Below are positions 24,655 through 35,131 of a stretch of 64,000 nt of DNA, in pieces (the first letter of the stretch is position 1; every line of letters starts with the position of its first letter). Origin of the DNA: Penicillus capitatus. Lineage: Eukaryota > Plantae > Chlorophyta. A program made the position numbers and the translations under genes. The stretch lies in NCBI GenBank assembly GCA_965649825.1, contig OZ287696.1, positions 911,101-975,100 of the forward strand, in the 5' to 3' direction. The notes beneath the pieces are model-generated. The model did no database searches. It had not been told where the DNA came from and saw only the letters and a program-made list of their open reading frames with translations.

Positions 24655-26382
24655 TTAACGATCATTGGAGGCGGCTCTCATCCTACCTGCTGCCTCCCTC
24701 GATGTGGATGCGAGGCGGCGGATGACTGCTGCTTCGACGAGAACTGGGGTCGCAGTTGACCTACCTGCCGCCTCAACGACAACTGGAGGCGGCAGGCGTT
24801 CTACTTGCTGCTCGCTGTGGATGCGAGGCGGCAGTCGACCTACCCTGCCTCCGCGAAGACAACTGGAGGCCGCAGTCGTCATACCTGCCGCAGAAGCCCT
24901 GCTTGCTGCCTCGCTGTGGATGCGAGGCAGCGGATGACTGCTGCCTCGACGAGAACTGGGGTCGCAGTTGACCTACCTGCCGCCTCAACGAGAACTGGAG
25001 GCGGCAGGCGTTCTACTTGCTGCCTCGCTGTGGATGCGAGGCAGCGGATGACTGCTGCCTCGACGAGAACTGGGGTCGCAGTTGACCTACCTGCCGCCTC
25101 AACGAGAACTGGAGGCGGCAGGCGTTCTACTTGCTGCCTCGCTGTGGATGCGAGGCGGCAGTCGACCTACCCTGCCTCCGCGAAGACAACTGGAGGCCGC
25201 AGTCGTCATACCTGCCGCAGAAGCCCTGCTTGCTGCCTCGCTGTGGATGCGAGGCAGCGGATGACTGCTGCCTCGACGAGAACTGGGGTCGCAGTTGACC
25301 TACCTGCCGCCTCAACGAGAACTGGAGGCGGCAGGCGTTCTACTTGCTGCCTCGCTGTGGATGCGAGGCAGCGGATGACTGCTGCCTCGACGAGAACTGG
25401 GGTCGCATTTGACCTACCTGCCGCCTCAACGAGAACTGGAGGCGGCAGGCGTTCTACTTGCTGCCTCGCTGTGGATGCGAGGCAGCGGATGACTGCTGCC
25501 TCGACGAGAACTGGGGTCGCAGTTGACCTACCTGCCGCCTCAACGAGAACTGGAGGCGGCAGGCGTTCTACTTGCTGCCTCGCTGTGGATGCGAGGCAGC
25601 GGATGACTGCTGCCTCGACGAGAACTGGGGTCGCAGTTGACCTACCTGCCGCCTCAACGAGAACTGGAGGCGGCAGGCGTTCTACTTGCTGCCTCGCTGT
25701 GGATGCGAGGCAGCGGATGACTGCTGCCTCGACGAGAACTGGGGTCGCATTTGACCTACCTGCCGCCTCAACGAGAACTGGAGGCGGCAGGCGTTCTACT
25801 TGCTGCCTCGCTGTGGATGCGAGGCAGCGGATGACTGCTGCCTCGACGAGAACTGGGGTCGCAGTTGACCTACCTGCCGCCTCAACGAGAACTGGAGGCG
25901 GCAGGCGTTCTACTTGCTGCCTCGCTGTGGATGCGAGGCGGCAGTCGACCTACCCTGCCTCCGCGAAGACAACTGGAGGCCGCAGTCGTCATACCTGCCG
26001 CAGAAGCCCTGCTTGCTGCCTCGCTGTGGATGCGAGGCGGCGGATGACTGCTGCCTCGACGAGAACTGGGGTCGCAGTTGACCTACCTGCCGCCTCAACG
26101 AGAACTGGAGGCGGCAGGCGTTCTACTTGCTGCCTCGCTGTGGATGCGAGGCGGCAGTCGACCTACCCTGCCTCCGCGAAGACAACTGGAGGCCGCAGGC
26201 TCCCTACTTGCCGCAGTCGTTGTACCTGCAGCCTCGCTGTGGATGCGAGGCGGCAGTCGACCTACCCTGCCTCCGCGAAGACAACTGGATGCGGCTGTCG
26301 CACTACCTGCGACCTCGATGCCCGGATGCCGCAGTCCACCTACCTGTTGCCTTGCCGAGTTGTGAGGCGGCTATCGCCGACC
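24655..26382 (+). repeat. Tandem stem-loop array, copy 1 (114-bp and 99-bp higher-order units built from 35-40 bp hairpin modules)
   Basis: About ten 114-bp units and 4-5 99-bp units; stems CTGCCGCCTC/GAGGCGGCAG and GCTGCCTCGC/GCGAGGCAGC. Confidence 0.95.
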
Positions 26383-26619
26383 GTAAGTCCTTCTTTCGCA
26401 AGCAGACGGTCTCTCACTCTTTAATTGCATACAGACTTTGTGGCGTAGTGGGCATCTGTTCTTCCCTGCATCACAACTCAAAACTTTTCACCTGTCGGCA
26501 CACTATTTGAAAGAGTGACATTTTACAAGCTTCTTTGATATATACCGTTGTAACGCTTTCAACAGTACAACACACTTGTCTAACACTATTTCCTACTGAA
26601 CCACACTTTTAAAAAGGAG

Positions 26620-27880
26620 TGACATTTACAAGAATTGTCTAAGCAGTCGATTCCTGTTTTCGTTACATAGCGTGTTATATGATTCGACGACAGAACGCCA
26701 AGTCATCAACTCCTCCCTGACTGTTGTCGAGGCTATCGCAAGACGCCCTTCGTCGTTAACTCGTCGCCGTCTGCATGGCCAAGTCGTCTGAAATCCACAG
26801 ATCTCTTCGGTGCACTCGCCTCCGCCGACAGATAGAATGGACGCCGACTCCGACAAGGCGCCGTCGACTAAGGTGCCTAAATTCATCAAGCACGGCGCGG
26901 CGTACGACCGTGGATAACTGCTCAGTTCTTCGTATATCGAACAGTTGCCTATTGGCACTGCTAACGCCACAATGCCGTGCTTCTCTTCGAAAGGCTTGCA
27001 CTCAAGCGTCGGGTGTTCAAGTAGTGCACGAGATGTCGGAAGCGTGGCGGCGGATGAGAATAGACTTATGGCGGTTGTGTCAACGAAGTGTCGACGGGAG
27101 AGTGGAAAACGAGAACCCTGTCGATGTGCCGGACACTTGAGCAGTTAGCTTGCCCTTTCAGCTTGCAAGTCGATTCGCAACGCCGCAGACCATGTGTCGT
27201 TTGGTACTGGCTACGGCACGCCCCCCCCCCCCCGAGGCAAAATAAAAAGTCGCTGCTTGTCATCGACGGCAGATGACCGCCTCGAGGACATGTGCGGGAG
27301 ACGAACGATCCTCTCTTCGAACTTTCTACATAATGCGTCGCCTAAAACTCGGCGTTGACTCTTCCCGCCGTTCGAGGAGTGCACGCATCAGAATCCGTGC
27401 CGCTTTTCAGGGTAAAGAAGCGCGTGCATACATTGGCATCACGTACGCGCCGTTTTCGTTCTATCGCCTTGGTAACTTTGCAGTTCAAGCAAAGAGAAAC
27501 AGACGAGGAACATGGAAGACCCCGACGGAAGACGAACAAATGTAAGAACAATGCGAACTCTAAAGTGGCCGTAGTCGCAGAGGCGGTCGAGAGCAATGCC
27601 TCCAGGAATGCTTGCTTGTTTGATAGCTTAGATGACGTGAACTCGCTGCTGTTGTGCCATTCGATGCATCGATCCGCTTTTTTACTGCTCGCACTTTAGG
27701 CGTATCTCTTCGATCTAGATGAACTGCCTCGCGACGACCCGCGTTACTCATGTTCGACGGACCCCTCTAACGAGTCCTGCACAATTGATCGCCATTCAGC
27801 CGTTCTAACAACGATATCGAGGTCGACGCCTCTCTGCGTCTCGTTTGTTAGATTTCGGTAGATCGTCAGAATGACATTTG
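26620..27880 (-). pseudogene. Diverged shared segment, possibly a decayed minus-strand gene (partner about 60245-61510)
   Basis: Alignable peptides LSTVVRRAVLDEFRH versus CPSTVLRQDVLAEFRN; minus-strand TGTAA at its 3' end in both copies; frames broken in both. Confidence 0.3.
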
Positions 27881-27892
27881 CACTCGCGTTAA

Positions 27893-29067
27893 ATGGAGAC
27901 GCCTGTCCGTACGCCAATGTCGCCGCCATGGGAAGAAGATCTCGACAGAGAGCGCGTCTACAAAGCGACTTCTGCTCTTTGTCAGCACGTCCAAGAACAG
28001 AAAGAAAAATCACAAAACATCCTTGAAGACGATGCAGAGTGGATCTTCCTCGTAATCCTGAAAATATCACCTCTCGGGCTGAATGTGTCTGTATCAGTTT
28101 GTGCGCTATAAGTCGATTCCGGCCATCTTCCGAAAGTTCCCCGTTCAACTGTACTCTCCTCGAACTGCCACTAGAATGACATCTTATCTTCTACTTGTTC
28201 CTCAGGAAACTGTTCAAGTCCTTCTGGAATACGGAGGATTTTCGAATCTGCCTTATTATGCACGACAAGAATGCAGGTGCGTTTAACGCAGATGAATGCA
28301 ATAGTAAAGACGGTGGATAAAAGGAAGGAGAGTCAAGACGGCACGCGAACTCCTCATACCAGATCGTGTGACAGAAGTGCTGAGCGTTCAGGACATCCGA
28401 AGGCAATACGGCGATGACTCCTCGAAGAGAGAGCTGTGCAAATCGTATGATCTGTTTCTGCTGGAGAGATCTATACGAGATATCTCTAACGAGCTCCTCG
28501 GTGCCAATCTCCTGGCAGATCGACGTTCGCTGACGAAACGCTGCAGGTGGTCGTTTCGTGGAGATGAAGAAGGTTCCCGTGCTCGTTCATCTGACCCGTC
28601 ACCCCGAAGTGTGGATCAAATCGATCGAAGCCGAGAAAAGCAGGACACAGATGTTCTGTCACGTGCATCAGGAGAGGAGCATCAGGTACCTCTGCCCCCG
28701 TGATCATCTTTATGACGCGTTATAGTTTGACAGGGTTGGCAGGAGTTCGTTCACCGCGGAAGAGCTGACAGAGAATATATTCTCCGTCGTGCAGCAGATC
28801 GTTGAGCATCCGGAATTGGAGAACTGGCAGGACATCATGCAGCTTTACGTCTGTACAGGCAGAAGCGTCCGTTTGCCTGTCTATCAAACATTTCCCGATC
28901 CGCCGCAGATCGAAGAGGGGAAAGAGGAGGACAGATCGTCGCGATGGGGAAGAAAACGACACGCAAAGAGCCGACGATCACATCAGCTGACGAATCGTCT
29001 GATGGGAGCATTCGCAGCAACATATCCGCCTGAACCTTTGCCTGTCTCAAAGAACCCTGACAGCTAG
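27893..29067 (+). CDS. RSL1D1: Ribosomal L1 domain-containing protein (RSL1D1/Cic1/Utp30-like)
   Basis: RERVYKATSALCQH...EWIFL, KRELCKSYDLFLLERSI, QIVEH..LENWQDIMQLYVCTGRSVRLPVYQ; TGTAA at 29093. Confidence 0.8.
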
Positions 29068-29512
29068 CTTAGATGCTGATTGAGTGCGTTTGTGTAACTC
29101 CAGTAGTCGTATTGGAGAGAGCTCTAGATTCATGATCGACTCCTCGCTGAACTCGAGAACGCGATATGAAGACTTCCAAGAATCGCTGCACAAGAGGTTG
29201 CCAGTTTCGACTCCGAAAGCAGAGGTCAATGAGGAAGACCCTCGGCATCAGCAATTTCATGACTTCATTATTGACTGCACTAGATCCGTGTCGACAAACC
29301 ACGTTGCCTCTCGTTTGCTTATCCCCCGAGCACACTTCGGAGACAGTCAGAACATTCACTTGAAACGTCTGAACTGGTGACGACTCTTTGGCGGCGTCGA
29401 AGGATGCACGGACACTCTTGCCTCACGCCTGACAACTTCGACGAGAGTATTCATCTTGTGACACGTGTCATTAAACGAAGGCAGTGTTTATTCGGTGTCC
29501 AAGTGTCAAAGG

Positions 29513-29872
29513 ATGTATGACTTTTGTTTTACGTATCCCTATGCGGTGCTTCTGGCGCTGGGAGGATTAATTGGCTACGCGACCAAAGGCAGCACCGGCT
29601 CACTCGGAGGCGGTGTCGGCTCAGGCGTCGTACTTTATCTCCTCGCGCATATCAGTCTGCGCTACTACCATGCCGGGAAGCTGTGGAAGACCGGAACATT
29701 CCTTTCCCTGGTGGTCTCGGTTGCGCTGACCGTGGTCATGGCTTTGCGCTACCAGGAAAGCGGGAAGCTGTTTCCTGCTGGGGTGTTCACAGTTCTCTGT
29801 GGATCGATGTCGCTGTTCTATGTCTGGTCCCTTTTCCTGGGACCTCAGCCAAAGAAGAAGACGAATAAATAG
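29513..29872 (+). CDS. TMEM14/FAX (fatty acid export 5/6-like) small membrane protein
   Basis: MYDFCFTYPYAVLLALGGLIGYATKGSTGSLGGGVGSG...RYQESGKLFPAGV; TGTAA at 29909. Confidence 0.9.
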   Translation: MYDFCFTYPYAVLLALGGLIGYATKGSTGSLGGGVGSGVVLYLLAHISLRYYHAGKLWKTGTFLSLVVSVALTVVMALRYQESGKLFPAGVFTVLCGSMSLFYVWSLFLGPQPKKKTNK

Positions 29873-30360
29873 TGTTTCCTTTTTGTGGCATGGTGTGATG
29901 ACATCACATGTAAGAAACGGATTGAAAACACTGTCGACTTTATGCTCATCGATCGCGACGGTCACTCACTGTATAGCAGAGCATTCATCGTATCAGATCG
30001 CCACGGATTATGCAGAAGGAGTGGAGGTATGAGATAACACGAGGCACATCCCAAGGTAATGAAGCCGCGATGCATGGTCGTTGGCAGACGTGCGTTCTCG
30101 GTTAAACCGTTAGTTACCGAGCCCTGTTCACTCCAGCACCAGATCAAAGGGCAAGACAAAGTGTTCCGCAAGCGTCTTGCTTCAGCGAGTCTATCTACCC
30201 ATGCCGAGAGTTTCACACTTTTCGTGCGATCTTGGTTCATGGGGCTGAGATTGGGAACGTCGATGGACAGGCATTACAATAAGATTGATTGTTTTGTGAC
30301 TCGACATCGATTGCTCCACGCCTGAGCGTCACCACTGAGCCATCATCGAACTATAGCTCA

Positions 30361-30520
30361 TATGTGAGATCAGGTGGCACATGTCCAGCTGAAGTGCTCT
30401 GGTGACAGACAGCCTGTGCCCAAGAGGAGGCCACGACATACTGCCAAGGATTGCGAAACAATGGACTGATGTCCACAATTATGCCAGATGGGGGGTCTTG
30501 TCCTGGAGCAGAGATCTAAT
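30361..30520 (+). pseudogene. Decayed copy of the last ClpS exon and its acceptor site
   Basis: TGTGAGATCAGGTGGCACATG...GCAGAGATCTAA matches 20061-20214 with indels. Confidence 0.85.
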
Positions 30521-30666
30521 GGGACTGTGATGGAGGCGAGCAGTGAGACGTATCAATGAATTCCTTCGCGCAACAAGTTTTGCCATTTTTGAGAGGATGA
30601 TGGACTGGAGGTGGCACCTCCTCGCACCGAACACCATTCCTTTGCGTCGCCAAACGACGATGCTAG

Positions 30667-31854
30667 TCAGAGAATGGCCTCGAGAGTCCTCTGCCACTGA
30701 GATCGATAGACACAGAAGATTCGGTGTTCCTCGAGAGGGTTCAGAATCGGACCCGATCGAACAGGGTCATTCAGAAAGGACAGTGAGCGATCGTCCGTTG
30801 AGGGAACGGAGAAGACTCTCTTCTTCTTTAAGCACTGCAATCCAAAGACGGGCTGAGAGCTGCTGTCGTCCAGTTCCAACGAAAACGACCGCTTCATATT
30901 CTTCTCTGCCTCGTTGCCAGACGATGGGACGGGAGTATCTGCGGCGCTCTCTGTGACATCCGATTCGTAGAAATGCTGAAAGAGGTCTTGCACTTCTCCC
31001 GTCTCTGCATCAACCACAACGTGCAGTCCCCGATCGATGTTCGTCTTTGCTGCCTCTCTGAACTCCTCGATCGGCACTTCTGCGGCAGACTGGAACCCCC
31101 ACAGTCCAAACGAGGCCGTGCATCTGAGACAATGCAGGACACACTGACGCGACAGGCAATATCCCCTTGCTTCCGGGCGTAGCATCGTCTTCCCCTGGAC
31201 GAGGCTCTCTGGCATCGACGTGACATTGTGTCCTAGGGGATAGTCCAGCACCTTCATTTCCCAGCCCAGCAGCGCGAGGATAGTGAGGACATGACCACGT
31301 CTTTGCCAAGCATCGGACGTTGCGCTTGGCGCGGACGTTTCCACTTCTGTCTGCAGTCTCTCTTGAAGCCGCCGGAGCTTTGACGCCATTTCCGTATCCA
31401 ACTCTGGCATAAGGAAGTTAAGCTTTGGCAGATCCCATACGGTGCTGAGTCTGGTGAACCGCGTTGCCACATCGCTATAGAGGCGTTGGGGATCGTCGAA
31501 TCGGAGACTTCGAAATTCTGCCGGGCATTGGTGTTCACACCAGATGCACTCGGCGTCGTGCTCCCACTCCAGATTCTGCAAAAATTGTGTGACCGTTTCT
31601 TCGGACTCAAGTTCGAGGACGTCTTTGGACGATGTGTACTGCAAAGTGGCCTTGCAGGTGTGACACTCCAGTCTGTCCAACCCCACATTTGACCAGCCGA
31701 AGCTGGCACAGATCTCTGGCGCCACGGCCGATGGTTTGGCAAACCAGGTGTCGACACGATACGTGCTGAGCCTCTCGATGAAGCTCTCTTCGTCAGCGAC
31801 GATCGACATGTCGTACAGACCACGGCACAAACACACACCTGAATGACGCCACAT
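30667..31854 (-). CDS. NIPA/ZC3HC1 (Rsm1/Pml39-like) C3HC zinc-finger protein; start approximate
   Basis: FIERLSTYRVDTWFAKPSAVAPEICASFGWSNVGLDRLECHTC...HDAECIW; LALLGW; VLHCLRC; LNPLEEHRIFCVY. Confidence 0.85.
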   Translation of the reverse strand: MWRHSGVCLCRGLYDMSIVADEESFIERLSTYRVDTWFAKPSAVAPEICASFGWSNVGLDRLECHTCKATLQYTSSKDVLELESEETVTQFLQNLEWEHDAECIWCEHQCPAEFRSLRFDDPQRLYSDVATRFTRLSTVWDLPKLNFLMPELDTEMASKLRRLQERLQTEVETSAPSATSDAWQRRGHVLTILALLGWEMKVLDYPLGHNVTSMPESLVQGKTMLRPEARGYCLSRQCVLHCLRCTASFGLWGFQSAAEVPIEEFREAAKTNIDRGLHVVVDAETGEVQDLFQHFYESDVTESAADTPVPSSGNEAEKNMKRSFSLELDDSSSQPVFGLQCLKKKRVFSVPSTDDRSLSFLNDPVRSGPILNPLEEHRIFCVYRSQWQRTLEAIL

Positions 31855-31914
31855 CTGTTTGTTCGTTCGGGGCGTTCGCCCGTCTGTACGTTCGACTCCT
31901 GCACTTCCAGCGTT

Positions 31915-34051
31915 ATGACGTCGATACGCAATGGCGGTGACGATGACGACAATGTCACGCAACTGATAGCTCCACGTCGACCGTGGATCCAACAGCAGAT
32001 CGAGGCGCTGCATGATGCCTTTCGAGAAGAACAGCCGCTATGTACTCTTCCAGCTTCTCCAGAGGGTCCAGCCAAACCCGAAGGCGTCCAAACGCGCAAA
32101 TGGGTAAGACACCTCGGACGTCAACCCGCTTTGAACGCACGTCAGATTGGGCGGTACGTCGAAGGACAACAACTGCCACTGACGAAGCTGACAGAGGCGC
32201 TGACGAATGCTCTCTCCCACAGCGAAGGGGCCGGTTCGATCGATCTGAAGATTATCGTTTGCGACATCGCCACACGAAAGTACTATGGGCCCAAAGGTGT
32301 GCTTTCGATATCTCCCCTGATGCGATAACGCAAGGTGGGAGGTCGGCGACAGGGAAAGAAGATACAGATTTTGCCTCGTTTGATGATGTGACGCGCGGGC
32401 CGTTTTGGTTCTGGGAACTCCGATCTCTATCGATGTTGCCAGACGACTTGAGAGGACTGGCCTCACGGACGCGCCAGAAACACAAACAGGTTAGCGCATA
32501 CCAGAGAACTGAATGCGTTAACTGAGCAAGCGAGCGAGATGTATGCAGATGCAAGAGAGGCTAGAGGCATTGCTGGCTGCCAACCGACTATGCGAGCTTG
32601 AACAGGGCTCGAAAGCAAAACGAACGACAGCGTGGCACGCGCGTGTACAGAAGGCTATTGAGAAGCTGGAACGTGTTCCCGGTCTGCAGGCAATCAACGA
32701 AAAGTTCAGCGATCTCGAAGATGAAGAGGCCGTTCAACACGTCATCGATGTCGTGCCTGACGTCTGTCGATCGGTTTCTGTGAATGTAGGTGGGCAAACG
32801 CGTGAAGCGTGAAGTCGCATCAACGGAGACGCCGTCCGCGACAAAGGAGGCAAAGGGAGATGTCAGATGGACAACTGTCGTGTCTGCATCTGGGTCCAGC
32901 TGTGGATCGGCCAAGATCGTCAAGAGTGGCCAGCGTATGCTGAAAGTAACGGGAGTGGTTGTTCCTTTATCTGCTCTTGACAGATCACTCGAGCAGGATT
33001 TCTTCCGGACGCCGTTAAAAGAGACGCTGTCAGAAAAGCAAGAAGAGCCAGAGGGCTTCTCCGTGGCTGGCAAGATCGTGATGGCCTGTCCCGACAACAA
33101 GAAGTCCGTGACACATCACTCTTGCAGAATGATGAGCTGTCTCTATTAGACTGTTCTTCGAGAGAGGCGATGTTGGCAGTTTGGATGCCCAGATCTCGGC
33201 CTCTGGAGGTGCCGAGCAGGTGCAGTCTGAATTTCTAAGTCGCTGTCAGACGATTGGCTCTGCCGCAGAGAGACACAGGTTTCTTATCTATGGTATGGCA
33301 CAGAACGTGCGTACAGATTGTTTTCTACATGGTTTGCTGTGTCAGGTGCGCCAGCGACGTGGGCACGTCGGCCGAACTATACGTTGAGTTACGAAACAGA
33401 ATGCGAGAAGCTTTACGGATCTGAATGGCGCTGTCTCGACATATCGCCCGTGCGAATGAAGTACCTATGGTTCAGTTCCGACTCTGATTGTCCACCCTAC
33501 TTTGGCCCCCTTGCAAAAATGGAAGGACTGCATCCACGCAATCCCTTCTTTCAAGCTCCATCTCTCGACTACGATCACCTCTTCGACGAAGGATGGGAAG
33601 AGGAACCGGATGGCGAAAGCCTTTCTGTTCGTCTTAACCGCCGCCGCCATCGTGAGCAGACGGTTTTGTTGTGCAGGCGGAAGAGGACGACGACGATGAT
33701 AAGTGTCCACTAAGCGATGAAGACGAAGCCTTCATTGTGGAAGATGGATATCTCTCGGAGGACGAAGGCAACGTGGGAGAGGTAGAAACGGACGAGGCAT
33801 GGTCCGATTCTGGAAACGATCCCACTGCTGAGGAGGGAGTGCACGAGGCAAAGGCAGAAGGGGCAGTCGTCTCGCAAATCGAGGCACGCATGCGTCACGC
33901 TCTCAAGTGCGGAAAGCCTGTGATCTTCACAGAGCTCGATGTTACGGCGCCCACCAACAAAGACTGGATCAAGGGAGATGCCACAATGCTTAAAACACTC
34001 AAGTCCATTCCTCTGACGACACAGAAGATAACGCTCGGCAAGAAAGCGTAA
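31915..34051 (+). CDS. FAS1: Chromatin assembly factor 1 subunit A (p150/FAS1)-like
   Basis: EGQQLPLTKL...RKYYGPK, FWFWELR, PIP box QRMLK|DFF, MKYLWFSSDSDCPPYFG...PRNPF...LDYDHLFDEGWEEEPDGESLS, FIVEDGYLSEDEG; TGTAA at 34229. Confidence 0.85.
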
Positions 34052-34581
34052 GAGGAAAGCGTCTGGGCAATGCATCGTCGCAGTTCTCTGTTGTGCATCC
34101 CGTCGGCGAGATCTGATCTTGAGTGGATACCGTTCGCATCTTCTGCGCTTTCTGTGACAGTCGTTGTGTCTCCCTGCGTCGTTGTGCCCCTCACGTTTGA
34201 CCTATATGCTCCGATTACGGGAGAGATATGTAAGAAGGAAGATGAGAGACGCCATGAACAGTCATCGGATACTGTGTCGATCGCGCACGGCACATCCCTT
34301 GCTTCGGCCGATTCGATTTCTCATCCTATCGAGCTTAACCCTCTCTCCTATCGTTTCTATGCAACCATATCCGTGCGTTCGTTCGTGCTCGATCATTTCA
34401 ATCCTCTTCAGAATCTTACATACATCCACGTCTCGTGTGAACCCCGTTCCCAGACAAAAACTGTACGACATTGCATCGGACAGGCACAAATCGAGTATGT
34501 ACAGCAATTGGCAAACGAAAAGATGGATCTCAAAATCGTGAAACGCAACATGCAAATCGAGACGCCCCTGATGAAGGATAT

Positions 34582-34867
34582 CTAATGCGCGCTCTCCGTC
34601 GTTGCCTTCATGCTTGAACTCATACAGACAGGATCGACCACCTACAGGTGAACGACCACACGCTCAGCAACAAAGACAAAACGTATGACACTTCGATTTG
34701 CTTACGCGAGCATTAGAATGTCGGAAATGCTCCAACGATTCTTCATATGAACGGCGCCTCTCCTCAGGTGACGATACATAGATGGCGTCCGCGACGTCTT
34801 CCGAACACGCGCTCTTCGTGCGACGCAAAACGCGTATCGGTGTCCTTTGGGTTTCCGTTTTCTCCAT
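34582..34867 (-). CDS. Small hypothetical protein, about 73 aa, 2 exons; end approximate
   Basis: MEKTETQRTPIRVLRRTKS...HSNAR|GTAAGC...CCTGTAG|VVDPVC...SAH*; minus-strand TGTAA near 34410. Confidence 0.35.
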
Positions 34868-35131
34868 AAGGCTCTTTTAGACAATGATTATGACGTCAGC
34901 TGTTCTCATCATCACATCATCATTCCAGCAGCGCGGAGCTGGTGTCTGTCCCTACTGAACGCAAAATTGCATCGCTTAACCGTCCCGTTGCATCAGTCTA
35001 GAACATCCATAGTGTTCGAAGGTTTGCTTCATCTTGAGGTCTTTGCTCTTTGACCCGATTTGCGAAGCGTCCGTCGCTCGTTTCTTCCCTGTTTGCCGTT
35101 CGTCCGGCTTGTATTTTTGGAAATTAACAAC

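Larger units (their letters stand above)
20511..29700 (+). repeat. Cassette copy 1 of a dispersed duplication (partner 53503-62371)
   Basis: Shared sharp left end AATGGAAGTCGCCTTTC; constant offset of about 32,992 bp to 22958; identical ORF translations; patchy homology continues through the array, RSL1D1 and TMEM14. Confidence 0.95.

Noticed and set aside
24655-26382. CRISPR array
   Set aside because: The variable parts are 7-12 nt loops reused many times, not unique spacers; the context is eukaryotic and no cas genes are present.
24805-26424. 539-aa ORF across array copy 1 as a real repeat protein
   Set aside because: The frame stays open only because both units (114 and 99 bp) are multiples of three. 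In copy 2 the same modules occur in all three frames with frequent frameshifts.
24756-26510. Cys/Trp-rich frame with one in-frame TGA per unit as a multi-selenocysteine or readthrough protein
   Set aside because: The frame is not kept in copy 2, the third frame shows the same one-TGA pattern, and no SECIS was identified.
20511-30360. Named autonomous transposon (LTR, LINE, Penelope, Helitron, Replitron, MULE)
   Set aside because: No RT, integrase, HUH/helicase or DDE motifs, no LTRs or TIRs, no poly(A) tail and no hammerhead core were recognised.
29880-30360. Possible ancient homology of this spacer, and of 26620-27880, to the 20520-21000 block (shared words such as GCGTCTTGC, ATCGATCGCG and GTCGATG..ATAAG)
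   Set aside because: Spacing between the matches is inconsistent and I cannot establish significance by eye; it needs a formal local alignment.
34070-34585. 171-aa plus-strand ORF as a gene or as a FAS1 extension
   Set aside because: It lies between convergent genes and spans both of their TGTAA signals; the splice join from FAS1 that I tried hits a stop.
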